The notes: generated by a model from the sequence alone, not told the origin. Counted from the first letter of the stretch, positions 20,352-31,607 are shown. The stretch: 64,000 bases of DNA from Chryseobacterium gleum (GCA_945903645.1 CAMDOM010000013.1:485-64484), one strand, 5' to 3'. Made by a program: numbers and translations.

Positions 20352-21671
20352 ATGAAAATCACCTACTTAAACATGTTTACAGTTGCCACCTTGATTGGTG
20401 CTGCAGCAATGCTTCCTGCTTGTTCAGACAAAGAAGGATGTACTGATTCCTCGGCCGTTAACTTCGATTCAGAAGCTGATACCGACAACGGTTCTTGCTT
20501 GTATGATGCCGCTGTAAAATCAGGAACGCTTTCTGCGAATGAAACTTGGACAAACGACCGCATTTGGGTTATCAGTGGCCGTGTGGTTGTTCCAAATGGC
20601 ATTACACTAACAATTGAAGCCGGAACTATTATTAAAGCAGAAGAAGGACAGGATGCTAACGCTTCTGCACTTATAGTTGCTCGAGGAGGAATGATACTAG
20701 CTGCTGGAACTGCCGATGCACCTATCATTTTCACTTCGATACTTGACAATATTGCTTTGGGCGAAAAAGTTGGAACCAATCTTACAAGCATCGACAACGA
20801 AAAATGGGGTGGTGTTGTAGTTCTTGGAGCTGCACCAATCAGCGCTGTTGCTGGTGATGTTGAAACCAACATCGAAGGCATACCTGCTGGATCAGGCGAA
20901 GGTCTTTTCGGTGGTAGCAATGCAGCCGATAATTCTGGCACACTTAGTTTTGTTTCTATTCGTCATGGTGGTATCTCCATTGGTGAAGGAAACGAATTGA
21001 ATGGTCTTACGCTTGGAGGAGTTGGTTCAGGTACAACCATCTCAAACATCGAAATTTACTCTACACTGGATGACGGTATCGAATGCTTTGGTGGCACAGT
21101 TAATTTGTCAAATGTGTTGGTATTCTTCCAAGGTGATGACGGACTTGATATAGATATGAATTATAGCGGTACCATCGAAAACTTCATTGTTCACCAAGGT
21201 GATGGTGTTGGTACAGATAAAGGTTTAGAAGTTGATGGTCCTGAAGGAACAACCAACACAACTGGAAAATTCACTCTTCGCAATGGTTTAGTAATGTGCG
21301 AAGGTGTTGATGGCAATGCTGCCGATTTCAAAGACAAAGCTCAAGGAACGGTTGAAAATGTAAGTTTCGATTATTCTTCTAAAGGTGGTTCAGTAGTTAA
21401 AGTTCGTGCTAAATATGACGCAGCAGCAGCTTGTGCGCCTTTAACAGACGCTTTTACACGCTTGATGAGCAATAATTTGGAATTCGTTAACATTGATGCC
21501 ATGGATGTGCCATTAACTGTATACACAGCGGTAACACCAGCTTGCGATGGTTCCGTTCCTGCAGATCAACTTTTGGGTGAAACCAAATACAATGCTGCTG
21601 GTGCAGGTTCTACAGTTGCTGCAACGCTATTCTCATGGACAGCAGCTTCTATCAAAGGTGAATTGGAATAA
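20352..21671 (+). CDS. hypothetical lipoprotein, Gly/Thr/Asn-rich (beta-rich) secreted protein
   Basis: Lipobox LPACSD after a hydrophobic leader; 439 aa; immediately upstream of a TonB-dependent receptor. Confidence 0.55.
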   Translation: MKITYLNMFTVATLIGAAAMLPACSDKEGCTDSSAVNFDSEADTDNGSCLYDAAVKSGTLSANETWTNDRIWVISGRVVVPNGITLTIEAGTIIKAEEGQDANASALIVARGGMILAAGTADAPIIFTSILDNIALGEKVGTNLTSIDNEKWGGVVVLGAAPISAVAGDVETNIEGIPAGSGEGLFGGSNAADNSGTLSFVSIRHGGISIGEGNELNGLTLGGVGSGTTISNIEIYSTLDDGIECFGGTVNLSNVLVFFQGDDGLDIDMNYSGTIENFIVHQGDGVGTDKGLEVDGPEGTTNTTGKFTLRNGLVMCEGVDGNAADFKDKAQGTVENVSFDYSSKGGSVVKVRAKYDAAAACAPLTDAFTRLMSNNLEFVNIDAMDVPLTVYTAVTPACDGSVPADQLLGETKYNAAGAGSTVAATLFSWTAASIKGELE

Positions 21672-21761
21672 TTCACAATCTAATTTTTAGTTTAACAACC
21701 GTGCCCTGCATCCATTTTGGTTGCGGGGCATCGTTTTTATAATAACTCCCAACTATTGAGC

Positions 21762-24608
21762 ATGAATTTTAGAAGCATATTTACCATCGTAGTTACATTA
21801 TTTACCCTTTCGAGCTATGCTCAAGAAAAAGGATTTCTTCGCGGAAATTTAGCCGATGGTCAGTTTAGCGGCCCACTCATTGGCGCTTCCGTTCGAGTTG
21901 TAGAATTGGCCGGTGTAGGTGCCACTACAGACTTTGATGGTAACTATTCGGTATCGCTTAATCCCGGCAAATACACCATCGAAATTTCGTACATCTCTTT
22001 TGCTACTCAAGTTTTTAAAGATGTGGTAATCACCGCTGGGCAAGTAACTAAAATTGATGCTACGCTGCAAATGGCCACCGCACAATTGGCGATGGTAGAA
22101 GTGACCGCCCAAGCTCGAAAAAACTCTGAATCTGCTGTGCTTATGGAACGGAAAAATGCTACCAATGTAACCGATGGCTTGTCCGCTCAAGCATTCCGAA
22201 AAGTGGGTGATAGTGATCTTTCGGGAGCAATGAAACGCATCACAGGCGTTACCATTCAAGATGGGAAGTATGTGTATGTGCGTGGTTTGGGCGACAGATA
22301 CACCGTTACAACGCTAAACGGAATGGTTCTTCCGGGTCTCGACCCAGATGTGAATTCCGTGCAAATGGATATCTTCCCTACTTCAATGCTCGACAATGTA
22401 GGCGTATTCAAAACCTTCTCGCCAGAACTCTTTGGCGATTTTACGGGAGGATTGGTAAACATTGTAACAAAGAAATTTCCGGAGGAGAAAACTACCGAAT
22501 TGGGCATTAGTGTTACCTATAATCCATCCATGCATTTCAACAGCGATTTCATCCTCTACAATGGCGGAAAGCTAGATTGGTTGGGAGTTGATGATGGCTC
22601 AAGAGCATTGCCTTTTGATGGAACAAGCAAAGTACCCGATGAAACAAGCAACGACCCCAGGTTGGAGCAAATTACAAGGTCCTTTAATCAAGAGCTTGGT
22701 GCAAAATCTAAAACTTCATTGCCAAATGGTTCCTTCTCGTTCAATCATGGCAATCAGTTTAATAAAGAAAATGGCCTTATTATGGGCTACAATGTAGTTC
22801 TTAACTATTCGAACGAACACATTTTCTATTCCGATTTTCAATCAAATGACTATTTGAAAAGTGATAATAGATCACAAAACGAATTAGATCCTTGGGTAAC
22901 CAGAAAAGGTACAGTGGGTAAGAATAATGTGCTTTGGAGTGGTCTTGTGTCGGGCTCATTAAAGAAACGCGGCAATAGCTTTTCACTTACGTTTTTGCAT
23001 TCGCAAAATGGGGAACGGACTGCCGCGCAACGTGTAAATCAAGACATCAATCAAAACGTATCTACGCTGATTGAAGATGTGCTAACGTTCAGTTCCAAAC
23101 GGTTGAGCACCCTTATTCTCAATGGCGGACATCGCATTGGCAAGGTGGATTTGACATGGGCTAATGCCACATCCTTTTCAGGTGTATATGATCCCGACTT
23201 TCGTGAAACCCGAATATCTGTAACCAATGGAGATACCACTCTAAGTCCTGGCACTGGTGCGGGTATCGACCGTTTTTGGAGAGACCTATCTGAGATTGGC
23301 GAATCGTTCAAAGTGGATTTGAACATAGCGCTTCCTAAACAAATTGAACTAAAAATTGGTGTGGCTGGCAATCTAAAATGGCGCGATTTCGAGGTGTTCA
23401 ACTACAAGAACAGGAGAAACAACTTGAATGATATTGAATCGAACCCCGATTGGTTTCTTCAAGATGACAACTATTGGTCGTCAGACCCTTCTAATCTCAA
23501 CAACGCGAATGGCACCTACACCATTGGCAATTACCAACCTTCCAACTCCTTCTCCGCGCGCCAACACATCTTTGGACACTACGTTATGGTGCAGCAAGAA
23601 CTGATGAAAGTGCTGAAACTGATTTATGGTATCCGCTTGGAAAAAGCAGATATGTATTATACAGGCGTTCCACAAAGTTCTTCAGGCACACGCTACAACG
23701 ATAGCCGCACGTTGAATGAGTGGAACATCATGCCTTCGTTAAACGTGGTATACAATTTCACTCCCAAAATGAATATCCGCTTTGGTATAAATCAAACTGT
23801 AGCGCGACCTAACTTTAAAGAAAAGTCGATTGCCGAAATTTATGACCCCATTACCAAGCGCACATTTATAGGCAATATCGACTTGCAACAAACTAAGATT
23901 AACAATATCGATTTTCGCTACGAGTGGTACATTTCTCCCAAAGAGATTGCAGCAGTATCAGGGTTCTACAAGCAGTTTACGGGGCATATCGAATTGGTAT
24001 CGTTCGTTACAGCCCCCGAAAACATTACCCCACGAAATTCGGGTACAGCACATGTGGCAGGTACCGAATTTGAACTTCGCAAAAGCATTGGTTCGTGGGT
24101 AGATAAGAAGTCGAACAATCATGGATTTTTCTTCAATGGCAATGCCTCTATCGTGTGGTCGTTTGTCGATTTGAAAACTGTAGCAGTTGACAAACAAGGC
24201 ACCACAGAGTTTGCTATAAGAGATTCGGTAAGACGCGATGGTGAAGCATTGCAGTACTTCCGCCCCATGGCAGGCCAATCGCCTTATGCTATAAATGCTG
24301 GCATTAGCTACGAAATTCAAGAAACCCAAACCAGTATTGCAGTTTCATACAACGTGCAAGGTGCACAGCTTTCTGTTATCGGTTCGGGGCGCACTCCCGA
24401 TGTGTATACCGTACCATTTCATAGCCTAAATTTTAATGCGTATCACAGTTTTGGTAAAAAGCGCAACTCGCGTCTCACGCTTAGCATCGACAACATTCTT
24501 GATGACGACCGCACGCTAATGTACCGTTCCTACGAAGCCACCGACCAAATTTATACCACCTACAAACCCGGAATGGCATTCACGTTGAAGTACAATTTCA
24601 AGTTCTAG
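21762..24608 (+). CDS. TonB-dependent receptor with N-terminal carboxypeptidase-regulatory-like domain
   Basis: Start at MNFRSIFTIVVTLFTLSSYAQ signal (tracked ORF begins 15 codons earlier); plug region (DGKYVYVRGLGDRY); C-terminal beta-barrel ending ...AFTLKYNFKF (terminal Phe). Confidence 0.85.
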   Translation: MNFRSIFTIVVTLFTLSSYAQEKGFLRGNLADGQFSGPLIGASVRVVELAGVGATTDFDGNYSVSLNPGKYTIEISYISFATQVFKDVVITAGQVTKIDATLQMATAQLAMVEVTAQARKNSESAVLMERKNATNVTDGLSAQAFRKVGDSDLSGAMKRITGVTIQDGKYVYVRGLGDRYTVTTLNGMVLPGLDPDVNSVQMDIFPTSMLDNVGVFKTFSPELFGDFTGGLVNIVTKKFPEEKTTELGISVTYNPSMHFNSDFILYNGGKLDWLGVDDGSRALPFDGTSKVPDETSNDPRLEQITRSFNQELGAKSKTSLPNGSFSFNHGNQFNKENGLIMGYNVVLNYSNEHIFYSDFQSNDYLKSDNRSQNELDPWVTRKGTVGKNNVLWSGLVSGSLKKRGNSFSLTFLHSQNGERTAAQRVNQDINQNVSTLIEDVLTFSSKRLSTLILNGGHRIGKVDLTWANATSFSGVYDPDFRETRISVTNGDTTLSPGTGAGIDRFWRDLSEIGESFKVDLNIALPKQIELKIGVAGNLKWRDFEVFNYKNRRNNLNDIESNPDWFLQDDNYWSSDPSNLNNANGTYTIGNYQPSNSFSARQHIFGHYVMVQQELMKVLKLIYGIRLEKADMYYTGVPQSSSGTRYNDSRTLNEWNIMPSLNVVYNFTPKMNIRFGINQTVARPNFKEKSIAEIYDPITKRTFIGNIDLQQTKINNIDFRYEWYISPKEIAAVSGFYKQFTGHIELVSFVTAPENITPRNSGTAHVAGTEFELRKSIGSWVDKKSNNHGFFFNGNASIVWSFVDLKTVAVDKQGTTEFAIRDSVRRDGEALQYFRPMAGQSPYAINAGISYEIQETQTSIAVSYNVQGAQLSVIGSGRTPDVYTVPFHSLNFNAYHSFGKKRNSRLTLSIDNILDDDRTLMYRSYEATDQIYTTYKPGMAFTLKYNFKF

Positions 24609-24633
24609 CATGAGATTTTAGTACTAAATCAAA

Positions 24634-24668
24634 GCCGCCAACTTTCTCATAGTTGGCGGTTTTGTTCT
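24634..24668 (+). terminator. rho-independent terminator after the TonB-dependent receptor
   Basis: gccgccaact-ttctcat-agttggcggt hairpin followed by tttgttcttt. Confidence 0.5.
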
Positions 24669-24701
24669 TTATAGCTTTGCCCCGCATTTCAAAATAGCAG
24701 A

Positions 24702-25484
24702 ATGGACAACAACATTATCGAAGCTGGCAGCGTAGCCCTAGAGATAGATTCCAATGGAATAGGTTCAATCACCTTTGCTCATCCATTAAGCAATTCACTT
24801 CCAGGTAATCTCTTGCGCAAACTGGCCAGAACTATTGAGGAAGCAGGCGAAAACCCAGAAATAACGGTAATTGTATTGCGTAGCGAGGGTGAGAAAGCAT
24901 TTTGTGCCGGTGCTTCGTTTGACGAACTGGTGTCTATTGATAATTTAGATCAGGGTAAAGTGTTCTTTTCGGGATTTGCAGCTGTGATTAATGCGATGCG
25001 CAAAGCCCCAAAGTTTGTGCTGTGCCGTGTGCAAGGCAAGGCCGTGGGCGGTGGTGTAGGGCTAGCATCTGCTGCCGATTACACCTTAGCAACCACCAAA
25101 GCCGATGTGAAACTAAGCGAATTAGCAGTGGGTATTGGCCCATTTGTAGTTGGGCCTGCGGTAGAGCGAAAAATTGGAACTTCGGCATTTACCCAACTTT
25201 CTATTGATGCTACAGCATGGAAACCTGCTGATTGGGCGCGCGAAAAAGGACTGTACACCGCGTGTTTCGATTCACTAGAAGAACTGGATGCAGCCCTTGA
25301 TGCGTTAGCACTTCAGTTGGCGAAAAGCAATCCCGAAGCCATGCGAATGCTAAAGAAAGTGTTTTGGGAAGGAACAGACCATTGGGACCAACTTCTTATT
25401 GAACGCGCTGAAATGAGCGGTACTTTGGTCTTATCTGACTTTACGCGCAGCGCCATTTCAAAGTTTAAGAAAGGCGAACGCTAA
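24702..25484 (+). CDS. enoyl-CoA hydratase/isomerase family (crotonase fold)
   Basis: 260 aa; FCAGASFDEL oxyanion-hole motif, GKAVGGGVGLA second motif. Confidence 0.8.
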   Translation: MDNNIIEAGSVALEIDSNGIGSITFAHPLSNSLPGNLLRKLARTIEEAGENPEITVIVLRSEGEKAFCAGASFDELVSIDNLDQGKVFFSGFAAVINAMRKAPKFVLCRVQGKAVGGGVGLASAADYTLATTKADVKLSELAVGIGPFVVGPAVERKIGTSAFTQLSIDATAWKPADWAREKGLYTACFDSLEELDAALDALALQLAKSNPEAMRMLKKVFWEGTDHWDQLLIERAEMSGTLVLSDFTRSAISKFKKGER

Positions 25485-25508
25485 GATTGCTAAGAACCGC
25501 AGTGGTTC

Positions 25509-27905
25509 TTATATTTCGATTACTATGCCAAAGGACGGCACTACAGTTCCCGTCACGTTTTTCACCTCGCGTAGCAAATAGCGACTTTGGTCATTGGGGT
25601 CTTTTACCTTCTCTCCTTGGTCATTTGTTTCCACTACATAAAACGGAGCTTGTTCAGCTTTGAAGTTGTAGGCATTCTGAATATCAAGGTAGATATTGAG
25701 TGCCCATTTCTTAAAGAACCATTTCTTGTCCACTCGTAAATCGAGGAAGTGAGCAGGCGAAAGCCTACCTTGGTTGAGTCTTGTAAAATCTTGCTGCGCA
25801 TTGCGATTTACCTCCCAAACTTTAATAAGCGAAGAATTGCCTACATCGGCTGGTGTGTAAGGGTTTCCTCCGTTGAAACGCCAGCGCAAGCCCAATTCCC
25901 AGTTACGCTTGAATTTCTTTCCTCCGGTAAATGAAATCAGATGTTGTGCATCCCAACTGGAGGGAACAAACTCGCCTGAACCGTTCTGAAATTCACTGCG
26001 CACCCATGTATAGGCCAAGATTCCGTAGAATCCTTTCCATAACTTTTGCTGCGCTAAGAACTCCACACCGTAGGAGCGGCCTTCGTTGGTGCTCACCACT
26101 TCTTCGTTGCCAATCACGCCAAAGTCAGCTCCAAAATTGGCAAGCGACACACCATTGGCCACTAAAAACGGATAGTTTTCCCAATACTTGAAAAAGCCTT
26201 CTACAGATAGTTTTAGCGCTGTTGGTGAGATGTATTCTACGCCAGCAACAGCATGGTTTCCGATGATATAGCTAATGCCATTGTCGCGGTTTACGAGCGT
26301 ACCTGCATTGTTCCGAAATCCCATAGCAGTGTAGGGGGGGAGCTGGGCATAGCGCCCCACGTTGAAATTGAGATTAAATCTGTCGGATAGAGAATAAGAA
26401 GCCGAAATGCGTGGGGAGAAAGTCTTGTATGTACTGGCCATTTCAGCTGAATAGCTATTGCCATCAAAGCGCGCTCCTACGCTCAACAAGAGCCGTCCGT
26501 TTAGCATGGATCTGCTCAACTGACCAAAACCAGCCCATTTATGAATGTCTATTGCAGAGCTGAAATTGATAGTGATAGTGTCAATGGTTTGCCCATCGGG
26601 TAATGTAATTCGATTAAATGTGGAATTGGTGTATCGTGCATATTCATACGCCACGCCATAGTTTAATTTCCATCCTTTTCCGCGCCAGTTGTTTTCTACC
26701 CGCAATCTATTTTCAATTTCTTGCGATTGATAGTTGAGCAATAAATTGGCTGCATCTTCCACATTTCCTTTATACTTCTCCGCTTGATTATTCAGCATAT
26801 TTCGGCTTACAACCACTTCTGTGAAACCGGATTCGCGATAGTTTTTCCAAACTGCACCAATGGTGTAGTTCCATTGTGAGTTCACAGGCAACAACTCCAC
26901 AATGCGTTTTTGCTCTTCATCCAAATCATCGTCAAGGTTCAAACTAAATTGGTCAATAGCTCCCAATCCAATTACCACCAATTCGTTTTTATCATTGATT
27001 TTCCATTTGTATTTCAACTGAAAGTCATCATACGTAGGAAGAAATGGTAAGCCAATCAAACGGAATAAAAACTGAAGGTATGACCTCCGATAGCTGAACA
27101 TAAAGGAATGTCCCTTTGCAATTGGGCCTTCTATTGTAAGGCCTGCATCGTTTGCGCCAAGGGTAAAATTGCCTCCAATTCTGTCTGTGCGTGGGTCTTT
27201 CATCTTAAAGTTGAGCACCGAACTGATGGCATTGCCGCGATTTGAAGGAAATGCTCCCGAAAAGAATTCTACTTCTCGAATGAAATTGACATTGATTAGG
27301 CCAACAGGTCCACCAGATGCACCTTGCGTGGCAAAATGGTTGATGTTTGGCACCTCAACACCATCCAAGAAAAAACGATTCTCATTGGGCGCACCACCGC
27401 GAATAATCAAGTCATTTCGAAATGCTACCGAACTCTGCACGCCAGGCAGCGACTGCAATGCTTTAGATATATCTCTATTGCCTCCAGGATTGCGCTCTAT
27501 TTCATTTACTCCAATTGTGCGCAGCGACACAGGGCTCTCTTCCTTCTTCTCGAAGGGATTAGCGCGCACTTCCACAACCTCGAGAGTTTTGCTGTCGGCT
27601 TCGAGCGAGAAATCTACTTTGGCGGGCTTGTTATTAAGCACCTGCACCTCAAATTCTACCTTACCCTTGTAGCCAATATATGATACTTCAATATTGTAAA
27701 GGCCGGGTTTGATGCCCGCTATTTTGTAATTTCCATCAATATCGGAAGTAGCTCCTGTAGTTGTTCCTTGAACAACAACATTGGCAAATGGCACAGGTTC
27801 ATTGCTCTTGGCATCAGATATGCGGCCTTCCACCACACCAGTTTGAGCTAGCATGTTTGAAGTGAATGCAATAAAAAATAGGATGGAAAAGCCTAAACGT
27901 TTCAT
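25509..27905 (-). CDS. TonB-dependent receptor (CarbopepD_reg-like N-domain + plug + barrel)
   Basis: Start MKRLGFSILFFIAFTSNMLAQ (ATG at 27905-27903); NVVVQGTTTGATSDIDGNYKI carboxypeptidase-regulatory-like domain; barrel ends ...SFGIVIEI. Confidence 0.85.
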   Translation of the reverse strand: MKRLGFSILFFIAFTSNMLAQTGVVEGRISDAKSNEPVPFANVVVQGTTTGATSDIDGNYKIAGIKPGLYNIEVSYIGYKGKVEFEVQVLNNKPAKVDFSLEADSKTLEVVEVRANPFEKKEESPVSLRTIGVNEIERNPGGNRDISKALQSLPGVQSSVAFRNDLIIRGGAPNENRFFLDGVEVPNINHFATQGASGGPVGLINVNFIREVEFFSGAFPSNRGNAISSVLNFKMKDPRTDRIGGNFTLGANDAGLTIEGPIAKGHSFMFSYRRSYLQFLFRLIGLPFLPTYDDFQLKYKWKINDKNELVVIGLGAIDQFSLNLDDDLDEEQKRIVELLPVNSQWNYTIGAVWKNYRESGFTEVVVSRNMLNNQAEKYKGNVEDAANLLLNYQSQEIENRLRVENNWRGKGWKLNYGVAYEYARYTNSTFNRITLPDGQTIDTITINFSSAIDIHKWAGFGQLSRSMLNGRLLLSVGARFDGNSYSAEMASTYKTFSPRISASYSLSDRFNLNFNVGRYAQLPPYTAMGFRNNAGTLVNRDNGISYIIGNHAVAGVEYISPTALKLSVEGFFKYWENYPFLVANGVSLANFGADFGVIGNEEVVSTNEGRSYGVEFLAQQKLWKGFYGILAYTWVRSEFQNGSGEFVPSSWDAQHLISFTGGKKFKRNWELGLRWRFNGGNPYTPADVGNSSLIKVWEVNRNAQQDFTRLNQGRLSPAHFLDLRVDKKWFFKKWALNIYLDIQNAYNFKAEQAPFYVVETNDQGEKVKDPNDQSRYLLREVKNVTGTVVPSFGIVIEI

Positions 27906-28125
27906 GGAGGATTTCTTTAGTAATAAAGACCAAAAAATGGTGAAATTGTTTAACCAAATTTCGATTTCAGAAAACCGATTGAATTCTGAAACTAAGTGCA
28001 TTTGAATAGCTGCTTCAAATCTGGAGACAAACGAGTAGGGTAGGAGCATCCCTGCACGAAAATTGATGTACGCATTTAACTAGAGTCGCTCTTTATTTTC
28101 TGATATCAGAAGTACGATTCACAAA

Positions 28126-31100
28126 TTAGGCTTTAGAAAATGCCAAACGAATCTTCTCTACTAACAAATACATCACAGGAACCAACACCAAGGTGAGGAA
28201 TGTGGCAAAAGTGAGTCCGAAAATTACCGTCCATGACAATGGTCCCCAAAACGATACGCTATCACCGCCAAAATATATCTGTGGGTCAAGGTCGCTCATC
28301 AAGGTATAAAAATTGATGTTCATACCTGTAGCAAGTGGAATCAAACCAAGCACTGTGGTAATTGCTGTGAGCAAAACTGGACGTAAACGCGTGCGCCCTG
28401 AATGAACGATAGCACCAATCATTTCATTGGCAGGTAGGTTTTTATCTGTAGCAATTCCAAGCTCTTCTTTTCTGCGGGCTATACTTAAATCAATATAGTC
28501 AATAAGCACAATGGCGTTGTTTACCACCACACCGGCCAACGATACAATGCCAATTCCAGTCATGATTACCGATATTTTCATTCCGAAAATGGCAACACCC
28601 AGGAATACGCCAATGGTGCTAAATAAAACCGTCATCATAATAATTACTGGTTTTATCACGCTATTGAACTGCGAAACCAAGATGAGCGTAATCAGGAATA
28701 TGGCTATCAAAAACGCATTTTTCAAGAAAGCTTGGGCCTTGTCTTGTTCCATGGCTTTGCCTGTGTAGCTAACCACATAGCCTTCTGGCACAGTGTAGCT
28801 GGCAAACATTTCTTGTATTTGGGCATTGATTTCGGTTTCGTTGTAACCTTCCAATACGTTGCTGTAAATAGTTACCGTGCGGTTTTGGTCTTTGCGTTTT
28901 ACCGCTCCAAACGAAGAGGAATAGCTAATATCTGCTACTGCCGAAATAGGTATTTGCTTCACACGCCCATCGGTCATGTCCCGAAACGTGATTTTTTGAT
29001 TGAGCAATGTGCTTACATCATAACGGTAATCATCTTTGAGGCGTAGCATGATAGGAAATTCGTCTTCCCCGTCTTTGAATTTGCTGACTTCCTTGCCAAA
29101 CAATGCCGTACGAATAGTGCTGCCAATTTGCGCTGTGCTCAAGCCAAAGCGCCTTGCCCGAGTGCGATCCACGTGCACCAATACTTCTGGCTTGCCCAAT
29201 TCTAGGTCAGTTTTTAAGCCTTCAATACCTGGAATATCTGCCTTCTGTAAACGATTGGTAATATCGTCTGATATTTCAATCAACTTATCATAGTCATCGC
29301 CACTAACCTCAATGTTGATAGGTTTACCTACGGGAGGACCGTCTTGGTTTTTCTCCACACTTACAATTACACCTGGATATTTCGTTAGTTTCTGGGCTAG
29401 CACCTTCATTACCTCAGAGCTCTTTATACCTTCACGTAATTGAAATTCTTTGAAGGAGATGGTAATTCTGGCTTTGTTTGGTGTTTCACCTGCTGGTGGC
29501 CCGGCTACAGGGTCGCTCGCACCTTCGCCAATGTTGGTTACAACTGAATTTACCGCTGCGAGATAAGGTTTTATAATACTGTCAATATCGGTTTCAAGGT
29601 CACGAATAGATTTGTTAGTTTTTTCAATGTCTGTACCTATTGGAACTTCTACAAACACATTGATGTATTTAGGCTCGTTGGCAGGGAAAAACTCCACCTC
29701 TGGCTTCACTATGCCAAGCAAGACTATAGAGAAAACTAATAAAACGCCTGTTCCAAAAAAGAATAAGGTAGGTTTCCATCCAGACAGAGCAAAATTCAAA
29801 AACTTCTCGTAAGCCGAATCTTGCCATGGCAAAAACGATTTCTGAAATTTATTGCTGGCTGGTCGAAAAAAGAATGCATTGATAAGCGTGATAATTGCCA
29901 CGGTTGCCATCATTGTTCCTAAACTGAAATTGCCAAACACATAGCCCAGAATAGATAGCACTGTTGATACTCCAGCCCAAACCATAACTCGCTTGAGATT
30001 GAGCGGAACTTCGCCTTCTGTTTTAATAAACATAGAGGCAAGTACTGGATTTACTACCAACGCTACGAACAAAGAAGAGCCCAATACTGCAATAAGCGTT
30101 ATGGGTAAGAATTTCATGAATTCGCCCATAATGCTGTCCCAGAACAGAAGCGGTAAAAATGCAGCCAAAGTGGTAGCAGTAGACGAAATAATTGGAATGG
30201 CAATTTCGCCTACACCATATTTCGAAGCGTTGTCGGCACTGCGGCCTTGACTATAAAATCGGTAGATATTTTCAATGGTTACAATGCCGTTATCGACCAG
30301 CATACCTAGGGCTAGGATCAGTCCGAATAGCACCATCATATTGATGGTAACTCCCAAGAAGCTGAGAATAATAAAACTCATCAGCATACTCATTGGGATG
30401 GCGATGCCTACAAACAGTGCATTTCGAACCCCGAGATAGAAGAGTAAGATGAGCACCACAAGAATAATACCCGAGAAAATATTGTTCTCTAAGTTGAGCA
30501 GTTGTCCGCGTACCTCATCACTCTGGTCGTTGGTTATGGTAACTTTTAGATCTGAAGGGAAGTGATTTTCTTTCACCTCTGCTAAAATCTTTGAAATGGT
30601 TTCGGTAGCAATCAATAGGTTTTCTCCCGATTTCTTTACCACATCGAGTGATACCACTTGCTCGCCATTTAGGCGAGCATAGCTACTACGTTCTTTGTAA
30701 CTATCGGTTACGGTAGCTACATCTCGAAGGTAAACGATATAGCCCAATTCTGATTTTACTATGGTATTCATCAGTTCGTCCACATCCTCATATTCGCCTG
30801 ATACGCGTATGTTTCTGCGGGTTCCATCCATTAAGATGTCTCCACCAGATATGTTCATGTTTTCATACCCAATAGCACTTTCAATATCGGTAAATGACAC
30901 CTTAACCATTTCCATGCGGTGTTGGTCTACCATGATATTTATTTCACGGTCTAATCCACCACGCAAATCCACAGATGAAAGCTGCGGGATAACTTCCAAT
31001 TTTTCTTGCAGGTATTCGGCATATTCCTTTAGGTCGTCCACGCTGTAATCTCCCGAAAGGTTGATGTTCATTACGGGCATATCAGCAAAGTTGATGTCGG

Positions 31101-31545
31101 TAACAAATGGCTCAATGTCCAAATCGCTAGGAAGCTCGCCTTTGGCCTTGTCTACCGCGTCTTTCACGTCTTGCAGGGCTTCTTCAACAGGCACATCGGT
31201 ATTGAATTCTACAATGATGATGGAGTTGTCTTGCACCGAAGTGGAACTCATATCATTGATGCCTTTTATGGGCTTAATTTCTTTCTCTATTACACGCGTA
31301 ACGAGATTTTCGATGTCCAAAGGAGAGTTACCGGGATAAACTGTGCGCACATAAATTTTGGGCATCACAATCTCAGGATACAGCTCTTTTGGCATTGACT
31401 CGTAAGCCATAAAGCCACCAATGGCAATAAGCAACATCATCAAAAGCACACTTATTTTATTGTTAAGTGCCCAGGTACTCAGCCAATAATCTTTGTCAAG
31501 CAGACCAGCGTCTGTTTGTGTATTCGTATTTTGAATCTCTGACAT
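28126..31545 (-). CDS. RND efflux transporter permease (AcrB/CzcA superfamily)
   Basis: 1139 aa, 12-TM RND topology with two large periplasmic loops; adjacent to membrane-fusion and TolC-like genes. Confidence 0.9.
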   Translation of the reverse strand: MSEIQNTNTQTDAGLLDKDYWLSTWALNNKISVLLMMLLIAIGGFMAYESMPKELYPEIVMPKIYVRTVYPGNSPLDIENLVTRVIEKEIKPIKGINDMSSTSVQDNSIIIVEFNTDVPVEEALQDVKDAVDKAKGELPSDLDIEPFVTDINFADMPVMNINLSGDYSVDDLKEYAEYLQEKLEVIPQLSSVDLRGGLDREINIMVDQHRMEMVKVSFTDIESAIGYENMNISGGDILMDGTRRNIRVSGEYEDVDELMNTIVKSELGYIVYLRDVATVTDSYKERSSYARLNGEQVVSLDVVKKSGENLLIATETISKILAEVKENHFPSDLKVTITNDQSDEVRGQLLNLENNIFSGIILVVLILLFYLGVRNALFVGIAIPMSMLMSFIILSFLGVTINMMVLFGLILALGMLVDNGIVTIENIYRFYSQGRSADNASKYGVGEIAIPIISSTATTLAAFLPLLFWDSIMGEFMKFLPITLIAVLGSSLFVALVVNPVLASMFIKTEGEVPLNLKRVMVWAGVSTVLSILGYVFGNFSLGTMMATVAIITLINAFFFRPASNKFQKSFLPWQDSAYEKFLNFALSGWKPTLFFFGTGVLLVFSIVLLGIVKPEVEFFPANEPKYINVFVEVPIGTDIEKTNKSIRDLETDIDSIIKPYLAAVNSVVTNIGEGASDPVAGPPAGETPNKARITISFKEFQLREGIKSSEVMKVLAQKLTKYPGVIVSVEKNQDGPPVGKPINIEVSGDDYDKLIEISDDITNRLQKADIPGIEGLKTDLELGKPEVLVHVDRTRARRFGLSTAQIGSTIRTALFGKEVSKFKDGEDEFPIMLRLKDDYRYDVSTLLNQKITFRDMTDGRVKQIPISAVADISYSSSFGAVKRKDQNRTVTIYSNVLEGYNETEINAQIQEMFASYTVPEGYVVSYTGKAMEQDKAQAFLKNAFLIAIFLITLILVSQFNSVIKPVIIMMTVLFSTIGVFLGVAIFGMKISVIMTGIGIVSLAGVVVNNAIVLIDYIDLSIARRKEELGIATDKNLPANEMIGAIVHSGRTRLRPVLLTAITTVLGLIPLATGMNINFYTLMSDLDPQIYFGGDSVSFWGPLSWTVIFGLTFATFLTLVLVPVMYLLVEKIRLAFSKA

Positions 31546-31607
31546 GAGAGCAGTTTTTTAAATCAGAATGATAAATTGTTTGTTCGAACGTTGTGACATA
31601 AACAGCC

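Noticed and set aside
20363-20941. 192-aa ORF antisense to the lipoprotein gene (Ala/Pro/Ser-rich)
   Set aside because: Shadow ORF of the Gly/Thr-rich sense gene; no start context or domain.
28511-31398. Series of 66-104 aa plus-strand ORFs inside the RND permease gene
   Set aside because: All antisense to a 1139-aa conserved transporter; composition mirrors the sense codon bias.
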